NCBI GenBank assembly: GCA_007124105.1
Contig: SLFT01000284.1
Location: 1-35,399 of the forward strand
Direction of reading: 5' to 3'
DNA length: 35,399 bases
Source of the DNA: Candidatus Hydrogenedentota bacterium
GTDB taxonomy: Bacteria > Hydrogenedentota > Hydrogenedentia > Hydrogenedentales > CAITNO01
Below the pieces are notes generated by a model that ran no database searches, was not told the DNA's origin, and worked only from the letters and a program-made list of their open reading frames with translations. Position 1 is the first letter of the stretch, and each line of letters begins with the position of its first letter. Shown here in pieces: positions 17,422 through 26,120 of this stretch. A program made the translations under genes and the position numbers.

Positions 17422-17496
17422 TGGAGGCGGCACCCGGATTCGAACCGGGGAATAAAGGCTTTGCAGGCCTCTGCCTTACCACTTGGCTATGCCGCC
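17422..17496 (-). tRNA. tRNA-Cys (anticodon GCA), with encoded CCA.
   Basis: The reverse complement is GGCGGCATAGCCAAGTGGTAAGGCAGAGGCCTGCAAAGCCTTTATTCCCCGGTTCGAATCCGGGTGCCGCCTCCA. It folds as a cloverleaf: acceptor stem GGCGGCA/TGCCGCC, anticodon stem GAGGC/GCCTT with loop CTGCAAA, T-arm CCCGG-TTCGAAT-CCGGG, and discriminator U73 as expected for Cys. Confidence 0.93.
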
Positions 17497-17509
17497 TCTC
17501 GTGGGAGGC

Positions 17510-17539
17510 ATTGTATGTTTCCAGGGCAATAAAAGTCAA
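17510..17539 (-). promoter_or_regulatory. Putative dedicated promoter of tRNA-Cys.
   Basis: The minus strand reads TTGACT (17539..17534), an 18-nt spacer, then TACAAT (17515..17510). The -10 element ends 13 nt before the mature tRNA 5' end. Confidence 0.5.
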
Positions 17540-17560
17540 ATTGGGCATCAAGCGCCGGGC

Positions 17561-18640
17561 TTATGCGTTCAAAATCGGCTGAAGCATATCCCGGTTATCG
17601 TATATCCATCTGGCAAGGTCCTCGATGATGACTGCGGCGCTTTTTTCGGGTTGCCAATCACATGCTTCCGTCACACGCGCATTGTCGGTAATGTACAAGG
17701 GGATATCACCCTGTCTGTTTTCAGTATCCGCGCCGATGGGAATGACCGTGTTCGTTGCCTGGCAACAAAGTTCCGTGAGTTCTACCAGGGAAACGCTGTT
17801 TTCAGCACCGCCGCCCACATTGAAAACGCTGCCGCGCAGTTCGGCCATGGCAGCGGTCTGACGCAATACAAGCGCGAGCAGGTCATCCACATGCAACATG
17901 TCGCGTACCTGCTTACCCGTGCCTTGATATCCAATGTACGTCAGCGCGCCGCCGTAAACATGCCGCGCCGTCCACAGTGCGGCGATGCCCTGGTCCACGC
18001 GTCCCATCTGCCAGGGACCGGCAATGACGCCGCAGCGATTCACCACAATATCCAAATCGTACATGTCCACGTATTCAGCGATAAGCGTTTCTGCGGCATA
18101 TTTGGTGGCGCCATAGAGCGAGCGCGCGCCGTCCAAGGGGAAGTCCTCGGCAATGCCGGCCCTGGAGATGCCGGGGAGAGACTGTGTCGGCGCAATTTCA
18201 AATCGGCCTGGCGCCTCCTCGAGCGCGATCGAACGCAGTTTCTCAAGGGGATAAACACGGCTTGTGGACAAGAATATCATGGCCGCGTTGTTGCGACGCG
18301 CCAGTTCCAGACAATGAACAGCACCAACAAGGTTGCTGTCTATAACATAACGCGGCGACCCGCCATAGCCCGCGAGTACGGATGGTTCCGCGCTGCATTC
18401 GATGATAAGGTCGAGTCTATCGAGAACAGGCAAGTCCTCGGGCATACGCACATCGCCATGGACAAATTCAACGCCCCCGCGACGCAGACGTCCCAAGTTG
18501 AGGCCGCTGCCGCGTCGTTTGAGGTTGTCCAACGCAATAACACGGGTTTCGGGGCATGTTTCTTTGAGCCCCAAGGCCAGGCGCGCGCCGATAAATCCGG
18601 CGCCGCCGGTTACCAATACAGTATTCAGGGATGTAGCCAT
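17561..18640 (-). CDS. NAD-dependent nucleotide-sugar epimerase/dehydratase (SDR family).
   Basis: The Rossmann motif is VLVTGGAGFIGARL. The catalytic YxxxK is in YGATKYAAE. Length is 359 aa. Confidence 0.88.
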   Translation of the reverse strand: MATSLNTVLVTGGAGFIGARLALGLKETCPETRVIALDNLKRRGSGLNLGRLRRGGVEFVHGDVRMPEDLPVLDRLDLIIECSAEPSVLAGYGGSPRYVIDSNLVGAVHCLELARRNNAAMIFLSTSRVYPLEKLRSIALEEAPGRFEIAPTQSLPGISRAGIAEDFPLDGARSLYGATKYAAETLIAEYVDMYDLDIVVNRCGVIAGPWQMGRVDQGIAALWTARHVYGGALTYIGYQGTGKQVRDMLHVDDLLALVLRQTAAMAELRGSVFNVGGGAENSVSLVELTELCCQATNTVIPIGADTENRQGDIPLYITDNARVTEACDWQPEKSAAVIIEDLARWIYDNRDMLQPILNA

Positions 18641-18708
18641 TGGTGTGCCCTATGTATTACGAACTACGCGCCCGACGCTGTCCGACAATGTCTTACAATC
18701 CGCCGATA

Positions 18709-18737
18709 ATCTTAAATTTCAGGTAACTCTCTACCAA
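18709..18737 (-). promoter_or_regulatory. Possible promoter of the epimerase gene.
   Basis: The minus strand reads TTGGTA (18737..18732), a 17-nt spacer, then TAAGAT (18714..18709). Confidence 0.3.
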
Positions 18738-18754
18738 TAGATATCGAAATTGGA

Positions 18755-18788
18755 CTGTGGGTTCCGCTTCGCTTCACCCACCCTACAG
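18755..18788. repeat. REP-like imperfect palindromic element.
   Basis: The plus strand reads CTGTGGGTTCCGCTTCGCTTCACCCACCCTACAG. GTGGGT pairs with ACCCAC and the outer CTGT pairs with ACAG. It lies in the intergenic region between the YceI-like gene and the epimerase gene. Only one copy is present in this window. Confidence 0.5.
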
Positions 18789-18879
18789 AATCGAAAGTTT
18801 GATTTAAGACGACATCATGCGAGACGTTTACAATTTCAGAGTAGTCCAACGTGTACCAGGGATCGGAATATTTCTGTGT

Positions 18880-19725
18880 CTAGTTTTCCGATTCCGCGAG
18901 AATCGCGAATGACACCACAACCTCAGGAAGTATTTGCGCGCCTTCGTACATATCATAGCCAATATCCCAAAGCTGGCGGTCTATGGTAAATTCCGCCTGG
19001 GCGAAGACATCATCACCGCGCCGCTCAATAGTAGCGGGAAACTGTATGCCCTTGGTCTCGCCGCGCAATGTGAAGTTGCCTGTTACCAGATAACGCCCCT
19101 CTTCGTCGGCAGGCTCGATTTTTGTGCTGGCAAAACGCGCGGTCGAATGTTCTTCCACGTCAAAGAATGCGTTGCCGCGTAATACGCCGGTGAGAATGCT
19201 GTTCTGGGAGAAGATGGTGTTCATATCCACAATGACCTCGACATAGCTTTCGTTGGGGTCATCGTTAACCACAACCAGCGTACCGTTAAAGTTGGCGAAT
19301 CCGCCTTCCATCGAAATACGCTGACCAAGAATGGTTTTGTAGCCCACCCACATGATTTCAGATTCCATGTTGGGGGAAATGACGTATTCCTCGGTCACTT
19401 CCACAGGGGCTGGTTCAGGAACTACGTCCGGCGCTTCCTCGGGATCGCCGGCGGCCTCCACGGCGGCCGCGTCCACAGGCGGTTCAGGGCGAACCGGCCT
19501 GCGTTCTTCCTGCACTTCCACCACAGTAGCGCCTTCAGCGCGGTCAATGGCGGTGTTGCTGCCGCCGATGGTGTAACCCACAAAACCGCCGCCCACCACG
19601 CCAATGATGCCGCCTGCGATAAAAGCGATGATAATTTTGATATTGTTCACGTCTGATTCGTCTCCATGTTCATGCGCCGCCGCGCGGGCGGTCGCCTTCG
19701 TTTGTCTCGTTTGGGCATGGCCCAC
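18880..19725 (-). CDS. Membrane-anchored YceI-like domain protein.
   Basis: It has a TM helix (IIIAFIAGGIIGVVGGGFVGY), a Pro/Glu/Ala-rich linker, then a YceI-like domain (FFDVEEHSTARFASTKIEP...YLVTGNFTLRGETKGIQFPA). An alternative start is GTG 19650, which is preceded by GGAGA. Confidence 0.75.
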   Translation of the reverse strand: MGHAQTRQTKATARAAAHEHGDESDVNNIKIIIAFIAGGIIGVVGGGFVGYTIGGSNTAIDRAEGATVVEVQEERRPVRPEPPVDAAAVEAAGDPEEAPDVVPEPAPVEVTEEYVISPNMESEIMWVGYKTILGQRISMEGGFANFNGTLVVVNDDPNESYVEVIVDMNTIFSQNSILTGVLRGNAFFDVEEHSTARFASTKIEPADEEGRYLVTGNFTLRGETKGIQFPATIERRGDDVFAQAEFTIDRQLWDIGYDMYEGAQILPEVVVSFAILAESEN

Positions 19726-19852
19726 AAGGTAGTTGTTACTGCACGACTGCTCTTTATGCTATCCAGCGAAACATCTTCTATCGCAACATTGGGCCAACAG
19801 GGCGCCACTATACCAACGATTAAGAGCGGGGGTTGTTCACCCGCGCGTCGCG

Positions 19853-21358
19853 CTATGTTGCCACGACACCATCGGCCGCATCCACTTCTTCATCCCACGT
19901 GTAGTAATCGTAGAAACTGGGTACGGGGAAATCGAACGTGTAGAGTTCCGGATCAATTTCGACAACCCGTCCTTCGTCGCGCGACTGCACAGCGGCAATG
20001 GCTGTGAGCGCCGTGGTGTACCCCACCATCTCGTTGTTAAGGGGTACGCCACCGTTTTTGATGCAATCGGCAAAGGCGCGGAACTGGTGTACATCCGGCG
20101 TCTCGAGGGCAACATCGGCCAGCAATTCGATGCCCTCACGCATTGCGTCAGTGCTCACCTGCAGCGTGGCGCCGCTGGTTGTGCGTTCGGCAAGCTCTTC
20201 CGCTGTCAGCTCCTCGTCCACTTCCTGAACAAGTATATCTTCCCCGAACAAGTAACATTGCTGCTCGGTCAGTTGAAGCGAACCTTTGTCGCCCTGGATA
20301 AGTTCCGAGGCGCCGCGCTTGGCGTTGGCAAGGATGCTCGAGTATACAAAGCGCACGGAATAGCCCCGGTTGATAAGATTGAGACGCTGATACTGACTGC
20401 GCGCGTCTATGGGCATGAACCCCGGATCGCCGGGATTGACATCGTATTCATAAGAGATTAGGATGTTGTCGTCTGTGGTGCGTCCGTCGCGCCAATAGTC
20501 AAGCCCGGCAAAGGTATGTACGCGGGCCGGCATACCTTTCATGAACCAGTTGGCGATGTCGGTCTGGTGGGTGGCCAGCTCGGTAAACAAGCCGTCCGAA
20601 CTCTCCTGGTAAATACGCCAGTTTAAGTGTTTTTCCAAATCGTCAATATACTTCTTCTCTTCTTCGTTTATCTCGTATTCCGCGGGCATCACACGACGCC
20701 AGAAGTGGTTACGATGCCACTGCGCGGTAATATGCGTAATGCGCCCGATCATGCCGTCGGCGTGGGCAAGGCCCATAGCCATATTGTATTTCGGGTTGTA
20801 GCGGCGCTGATGGCCCACCTGGACCCACCGGTCCAGTTCATGGCATTTCGCCAACATGCTGCGGCCTTCGTCCACCGAACGCACAAGCGTCTTTTCGCAG
20901 AAGACAAACTTGCCGGCGTTCAGGCAATCCATGGTGATCGCATAGTGCGTATCCAGGGGCGTGGAAATAACAACGGCATCGAGCTCTTCCTTCTCGAGCA
21001 TCTCTTTGTAGTCATAATAGGCATTGGGTTTGTATGCCGCCTGCGCCAGTTGACGCTCTTCGTCGGTCAATCGTCTACCGACTTCCAGTTCGATGCCCGC
21101 GTTCGACAGTTGCGCGTAGCGCACCGCCTCGCGCTGATGCGGCAGAAATACGTCGCACACGGCTGTAATAACAATATCGGGCGTACCTGTCATGCCATCG
21201 CGAATATGGAAGGTTCCCTGGCCGCCGGTGCCAATACACCCCACGCGCACTTTTTCGTTCTGCGCGTACGAGAAGGGCGAATATCCCGATGCAATGGCGA
21301 AGCCCGCCGTGGCGCCCGCCGCTTTCATGAAATTACGTCTGCTGATTCCTGTGCTCAT
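19853..21358 (-). CDS. Tat-exported Gfo/Idh/MocA-family oxidoreductase (501 aa).
   Basis: The twin-arginine signal is MSTGISRRNFMKAAGATAGFAIASG. The Rossmann motif is VRVGCIGTGGQG. The EKT/EKP-type segment is FVFCEKTL. The C-terminal half carries the insertion EELAERTTSGATLQVS. Confidence 0.88.
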   Translation of the reverse strand: MSTGISRRNFMKAAGATAGFAIASGYSPFSYAQNEKVRVGCIGTGGQGTFHIRDGMTGTPDIVITAVCDVFLPHQREAVRYAQLSNAGIELEVGRRLTDEERQLAQAAYKPNAYYDYKEMLEKEELDAVVISTPLDTHYAITMDCLNAGKFVFCEKTLVRSVDEGRSMLAKCHELDRWVQVGHQRRYNPKYNMAMGLAHADGMIGRITHITAQWHRNHFWRRVMPAEYEINEEEKKYIDDLEKHLNWRIYQESSDGLFTELATHQTDIANWFMKGMPARVHTFAGLDYWRDGRTTDDNILISYEYDVNPGDPGFMPIDARSQYQRLNLINRGYSVRFVYSSILANAKRGASELIQGDKGSLQLTEQQCYLFGEDILVQEVDEELTAEELAERTTSGATLQVSTDAMREGIELLADVALETPDVHQFRAFADCIKNGGVPLNNEMVGYTTALTAIAAVQSRDEGRVVEIDPELYTFDFPVPSFYDYYTWDEEVDAADGVVAT

Positions 21359-21360
21359 GA

Positions 21361-22410
21361 CTACTCCTTGCTCCTGCTGTCCTGGTTCATGTTAATAAAA
21401 ATTGTCTCGGGTGCGTTCTCTGTCTCCACAACAAGTATGGCGCGCACTTCGGGATAAGACTTACAATAGTCTCGTGTGGCTTCCAACCCCATCACATAAA
21501 AAGCTGTGCTCAACACATCGCTCTCAAGCCCATTGGGCGTAATAGCGGTAGCGCTGAGTATCCCGGTCGTGGGCATGCCCGTCCGGGGATCCACAATATG
21601 ACCATATCGTTGACCGTCTATCTCAATGTAACGCTCTGTGCGCGATGAGGTGGACAAGGATTCATTGCGAATATCCACTGTCGCGATATACGCATCCTCC
21701 CCATTATTATACGGGGAACGGATGTCCACAGTCCAACCGGACTTGCCCGGCGGCGCGCCCACAGCGACAATAGTGCTCGTACCAACGTTAAGCCGCGCAG
21801 ATTCTACGCCGTGGTCGCGCAGGATGGCGGCCGCGCGGTCAAGGGCCAGCCCCTTGGCAATACCGCCAAAATCAATATGCATGCCGGGCCGCTTAAAAAT
21901 CACCGTCCGCGACGCGGGCTCAAAGGCTACATGCTCGATGCCAACGCGCGCCGTAGCTTCCCGCAGTTCATCTGGACTTGGATGGTTGCCGCTTCCGACA
22001 TAAAAGCCCCATAGTTTCATAATCGGCCCAATGGTCACATCGAAAGCGCCGCCGGTGCGCTCGGAATAGCGCCGCGCGGCAAGAAGCAGTTCCATAATAT
22101 CCGAGGGAACAGTTACGGGCCTTTCTGCCGCCTCACGATTCATCAGGGTGGTAAAGCTGTCCTGGCGGAACCGACTGATTCGCGCTTCCAATGCGTCCAT
22201 GGCGACAAACGCTTCGCGCGCGGCCTCGCGCAATACTTCTGATTCGGCGTCAGGCGCGCCAAACATAAGAATTTCGATTTCCGTGGCCATGGCGACATGG
22301 CGCATCACCACCGGCCCTTGCGCAAGCGCCGCACCAGCGCCGAAGCACAAGGTGATAAACGTAACGCACACCATCCATGCGATGCGCTTCTTGTATATTG
22401 TGTTAAACAC
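21361..22410 (-). CDS. apbE: FAD:protein FMN transferase (ApbE family), exported.
   Basis: GTG start 22410 has AGGA 9 nt upstream. The signal peptide is MFNTIYKKRIAWMVCVTFITLCFGAGAALAQG. ApbE-typical segments are DVTIGPIMKLWGF, DFGGIAKGLALDRAA and GHIVDPRTGMP. The stop lies 2 nt before the oxidoreductase ATG. Confidence 0.88.
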   Translation of the reverse strand: MFNTIYKKRIAWMVCVTFITLCFGAGAALAQGPVVMRHVAMATEIEILMFGAPDAESEVLREAAREAFVAMDALEARISRFRQDSFTTLMNREAAERPVTVPSDIMELLLAARRYSERTGGAFDVTIGPIMKLWGFYVGSGNHPSPDELREATARVGIEHVAFEPASRTVIFKRPGMHIDFGGIAKGLALDRAAAILRDHGVESARLNVGTSTIVAVGAPPGKSGWTVDIRSPYNNGEDAYIATVDIRNESLSTSSRTERYIEIDGQRYGHIVDPRTGMPTTGILSATAITPNGLESDVLSTAFYVMGLEATRDYCKSYPEVRAILVVETENAPETIFINMNQDSRSKE

Positions 22411-22571
22411 TACTGGAAATCCTGAAAAGCGTTCTCAATCAAATAACGGTGGCGTCAGTGAAAAAGATGTCTCACTGTTGACGCGGGTGATACAATTGTC
22501 TGGAAACAGGGCCGCAATGGCGCCGCGTCGTTTCCTGATGCTTTTGACCTGACGAAGGAGGGTTTCGTTTC

Positions 22572-23264
22572 GTGAACCGTTCATCACTCGCCGGTATGAT
22601 AGACCATACGCTGCTGCGCGCTTTCGCCACGGAGGTTGAAATACGTCACCTATGTGAAAAGGCGCGATTGTACGGCTTTCGCGCCGTATCAATCAACCCG
22701 GTGTGGGTGTCCTTCTGCGCGAAATTATTGCGCGACAGCAAGGTGGGCATAGACGCCTGCGTCGCCTTTCCGCTGGGCGCCGCCACGGCACGCTTGAAGA
22801 TCGAAGAAGCGCGGGACGCTGTCCAGAACGGCGCCACCGAGATAGATATGGTCATTAACATCGGCGCGTTGAAATCAGGGTACGCTCAGTATGTGGAAAA
22901 GGAAATCAGCGCGGTAGTAAAAGCGGTAAAAGACTGTCCAGTCAAGGTTATTCTTGAAGCCAGCTACCTGAGCGACGAAGAAAAAACGGCGGTGTGCAAG
23001 ATGAGCGTACGCGCGGGCGCCGCCTATGTAAAGACATCCACGGGCTTCGGCAGCAGCGGCGCACGTGTACAAGATGTAAAGTTGATGAAAAGCGTGGTGG
23101 GCGATGCGCTGGGCATTAAGGCTGCCGGCGGTATACGCAGTTACGCGAGAGCCGTACAGTTCATCGAGGCAGGCGCAACCCGAATCGGCACCAGCGCCGG
23201 CGTCGCCATTCTCAAGGACGCGTCGGACGATGAAGAAGAGAAACAGGAGCACGCGCATAATTAG
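22572..23264 (+). CDS. deoC: Deoxyribose-phosphate aldolase.
   Basis: Motifs are IDHTLLRAFAT, VAFPLGA, EIDMVINIGALKSG and the Schiff-base Lys context AYVKTSTGF, plus IKAAGGIR. GTG start 22572 has GGAGG 11 nt upstream. Confidence 0.9.
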   Translation: MNRSSLAGMIDHTLLRAFATEVEIRHLCEKARLYGFRAVSINPVWVSFCAKLLRDSKVGIDACVAFPLGAATARLKIEEARDAVQNGATEIDMVINIGALKSGYAQYVEKEISAVVKAVKDCPVKVILEASYLSDEEKTAVCKMSVRAGAAYVKTSTGFGSSGARVQDVKLMKSVVGDALGIKAAGGIRSYARAVQFIEAGATRIGTSAGVAILKDASDDEEEKQEHAHN

Positions 23265-23498
23265 GACAATCGCGGGGTGCTGCGTTTCGCTGTTGTGTTG
23301 AAAAAAGCGCCGCTTTGAGCCGCCTGACTGGCTGCCGCCGCAGTGTCGAGCATCTCGGCATTGCCAACATGGACCGCGCCGCCATTATTGAAACGGACAG
23401 CTGGCGACAAGTAGACGCCCTTGACATTGTGAACTAACACGACAAATGGCAACTATACCGCTGTCCCGCAAGATATTTCCGATAACGCCCGGCACAAC

Positions 23499-24953
23499 TC
23501 ACCACAATGAAACATAGCGTTTGGGAAATGGCTGTTCCACAGCTTCGGCTTGTAGTGTGAACGGCGGCGGCGGTTGATAACGGCGCAACCACCAACAACG
23601 TGAAAAAAACGACGGCGTTTCCGGCTCAGGCGCGGCAAGCCCTTGTACTGATACGACAACCTTTCGGCGCGTGTACGTTTCAACAGCGATATCTACCGGT
23701 GGGATAACGGAAATGGGGAGCAACGATACAACCGGCTGCGGCGTACTGAATGGCGTTTGATATTTTACAGACTCTGAAAGCATCATGGGGGCGGTGCGAT
23801 AGTATTGGATATCGGGTACAAGCGCCAGGGCTTCTCCGGGATTCTCGCGTCTTGCCTCTGCAACAGCCTTCTGTACCCGAAGCGCCTCCTGGCCTGCATG
23901 ACGCCAGTGCAGGTTCACCCAAATCTGGCAACACATTGCCGCTATACATAGCAGCGTAGTCACGCGTACGACAGTGATGCGCCATTTACTGTTCTCCATA
24001 ACGGCCTGAAAGAATCCGGCGACAGCAATGGCCAGCAACGCCGCGGGCAACATTAACTGTCCCCCGCCGGCAAGTGTGACCGCATCCACGGTGAAACCGC
24101 CTTGACAAAGGCGAAACGCCGCCGCGCCAAGCAGCCCGAAAGTAAAGGCGGGTTTGTTTACCTTGCGAATCAGCCAGGCGCCCAGCAAAACCACAACGGC
24201 GCTAAGCCCATAGCCCGCCAACGGCAACTGCTGGAAGAATAATACCGTATCGGGCAACATGCCGATGGGATAAACCACAAAAAAAAGAGGCGCGAACATA
24301 CGCACTGGATGCAACGCCCCCGACATCGCCCACTGTCCGCTCATGAATAATGCAATTGTTCCAAAAATCGCAAGCGGCAGCCAACGACGCGTCTTTTCCT
24401 TGTAAACGCTGTATTCGAGGACAATAACCACGACGAACAGCATGATGTTGATCGGGCCGGTCAGTATTGCCGCAAGGTATACCAGCGCCGGCAACTGCAC
24501 CGCCCCGACCTTTGCCGACTGGCGGCAACGCACATAAACGTACAAGGTAAGCAGCGCCATGAATCCCGGCCACAGGTCGCGTACACCACTGATAGCAAGT
24601 ACAGCCTCCGTTTTCACCGGATTCGCCATGAATAATACCGCCGCCACCGAACCAAGCCACCAGGGGCCGCGCGTAAGATGACGCGTCAACACAAGGATCA
24701 GCGCCATGCACCCATACAGCAGCACGAGGTTTAGCAGCAGATACATCCATCCATAGCCGCCAAACAGGCGCGTTAACGAGGTAAAGAATAGAACGGCGTC
24801 CGGACGCGCCAGCGCGGCATAATCGCGGCCCAGCGGGGGAATGGCCAGGAACGCCGCATATACCATTGCAAGGTATAGCGCATCGGCCACAAACAACGGC
24901 GTTGCGCGCGAATGACGCACTGCTGGCGCGGTATGGTTTTCGGTTTCAATCAA
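23499..24953 (-). CDS. Polytopic inner-membrane protein of unknown family, possibly a GT-C-type glycosyltransferase or polymerase.
   Basis: It is 484 aa, with at least 11 hydrophobic helices followed by a soluble tail of about 130 aa. TTG start 24953 has GGAG 10 nt upstream. It is the last gene of the GT4-GT4-oxidoreductase string. Confidence 0.6.
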   Translation of the reverse strand: MIETENHTAPAVRHSRATPLFVADALYLAMVYAAFLAIPPLGRDYAALARPDAVLFFTSLTRLFGGYGWMYLLLNLVLLYGCMALILVLTRHLTRGPWWLGSVAAVLFMANPVKTEAVLAISGVRDLWPGFMALLTLYVYVRCRQSAKVGAVQLPALVYLAAILTGPINIMLFVVVIVLEYSVYKEKTRRWLPLAIFGTIALFMSGQWAMSGALHPVRMFAPLFFVVYPIGMLPDTVLFFQQLPLAGYGLSAVVVLLGAWLIRKVNKPAFTFGLLGAAAFRLCQGGFTVDAVTLAGGGQLMLPAALLAIAVAGFFQAVMENSKWRITVVRVTTLLCIAAMCCQIWVNLHWRHAGQEALRVQKAVAEARRENPGEALALVPDIQYYRTAPMMLSESVKYQTPFSTPQPVVSLLPISVIPPVDIAVETYTRRKVVVSVQGLAAPEPETPSFFSRCWWLRRYQPPPPFTLQAEAVEQPFPKRYVSLW

Positions 24954-25027
24954 TACTCTTCAGCTCCGAGAGAAAAGAAGCGCTTGCGGGCTGACGCCAT
25001 CCGATACACAAGCCGTCCCAACAAATA

Positions 25028-26014
25028 TCACGGAACGCGTACAGGCTTGCCGCCCGCCGCTGCGGATTTCCACGCGGCCTCGGTAACCTCGATAACGCGC
25101 AACCCACATTCCGGCGGCGTCTCAGGTTCGGCTTTCCCGAGCATCACCTCGATGAAATTGCTGTCCGGATTCTTGTTGTATTTCGGCAGCGTTACTTTCA
25201 CCGGTTTGCCCACGGCGTTCTGCTGCGAGAGGCCAAGTCCCTGGCGCAGGTAGAGCGCGCCCTTGCCGCCAACAATGGTATGGTCTTCGTACCAACCCGG
25301 CGCGTTGCCGATAATGGACAGGCTGCCAAGCGCGCCGTTCTCAAACACCATCGCCAGTGTGGCGTTAATGTCCACGGGTACATCGAAATTGACCTGGAAT
25401 GCCGACACCGTCTTTACTTTCATCCCTGTCATCCACATAAGGATATCCACCAGGTGACTGCCGGAGTCGTTCAGCTGGCCGCCGCCGGAAAGTTCCATGG
25501 TCTGGCGCCAGGTGTTCCGTGTTGCGCGCAGCCATTCCTGGCTGAGCACAGCCTGCACAAACTCGATTTCACCCAACGCGCCCTTCTGTATCTGCGCGCG
25601 CATATACCGAAACGGCGGCTCATAATGGCGCTGATAAGAAATCATAAGCGTACGATTGACCTGCTTTGCCTTCTTGATAAGCGCCTTAGCGTGACGGATG
25701 GTGCATACCATCGGCTTCTCTGTGAGTACATGCAGTCCCTTGCCTAACGATACATTGATTTGTTCATAATGCACCGTGTGGGGACTGAGAATAACCACGC
25801 CGTCAAGCGCTTCTTTCTTCAGCATGTCCTTGTAATCGTTATACACCGGCAATTTGTCCGCGCCCGGACAATGCTGATAGAACCGTTTCAGCGACGCATC
25901 GCTCGGATCGGTAAGCGCGGCAACCACCGCCTTTTTTGTTTCATGAATACGGTGATAGTGACCAACGGCTATGCCGCCGGCGCCAATAAACCCAATGCGA
26001 AGTTTTCCCGCCAT
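25028..26014 (-). CDS. Cytoplasmic Gfo/Idh/MocA-family oxidoreductase, nucleotide-sugar dehydrogenase-like.
   Basis: ATG 26014 is preceded by AGGAGA. It begins MAGKLRIGFIGAGGIAVGHY (Rossmann motif) and has the EKP motif in HVLTEKPM. There is no signal peptide. The track's N-terminal extension was rejected. Confidence 0.85.
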   Translation of the reverse strand: MAGKLRIGFIGAGGIAVGHYHRIHETKKAVVAALTDPSDASLKRFYQHCPGADKLPVYNDYKDMLKKEALDGVVILSPHTVHYEQINVSLGKGLHVLTEKPMVCTIRHAKALIKKAKQVNRTLMISYQRHYEPPFRYMRAQIQKGALGEIEFVQAVLSQEWLRATRNTWRQTMELSGGGQLNDSGSHLVDILMWMTGMKVKTVSAFQVNFDVPVDINATLAMVFENGALGSLSIIGNAPGWYEDHTIVGGKGALYLRQGLGLSQQNAVGKPVKVTLPKYNKNPDSNFIEVMLGKAEPETPPECGLRVIEVTEAAWKSAAAGGKPVRVP

Positions 26015-26120
26015 GACAAGGTTTCTCCTTGTGTTGTTTGGAAATTTCCAATAACCACGACCACAACATGCGCATGGTACACCCTGGGAGAAACAGATGC
26101 AAAAAAGCATCCCAGCGGCG

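Noticed and set aside
13602-17496. A genomic island integrated at tRNA-Cys (AddB-like nuclease plus VanZ next to a tRNA).
   Set aside because: There is no integrase, no direct repeat of the tRNA 3' end, and no visible compositional break. The tRNA has its own promoter and points away from these genes.
23261-23452. 63-aa minus-strand ORF (TTG start) downstream of the polytopic membrane protein gene.
   Set aside because: It has a non-ATG start without an RBS, overlaps the deoC 3' end, and has a low-complexity Ala/Ser-rich tail. There is no support for coding.
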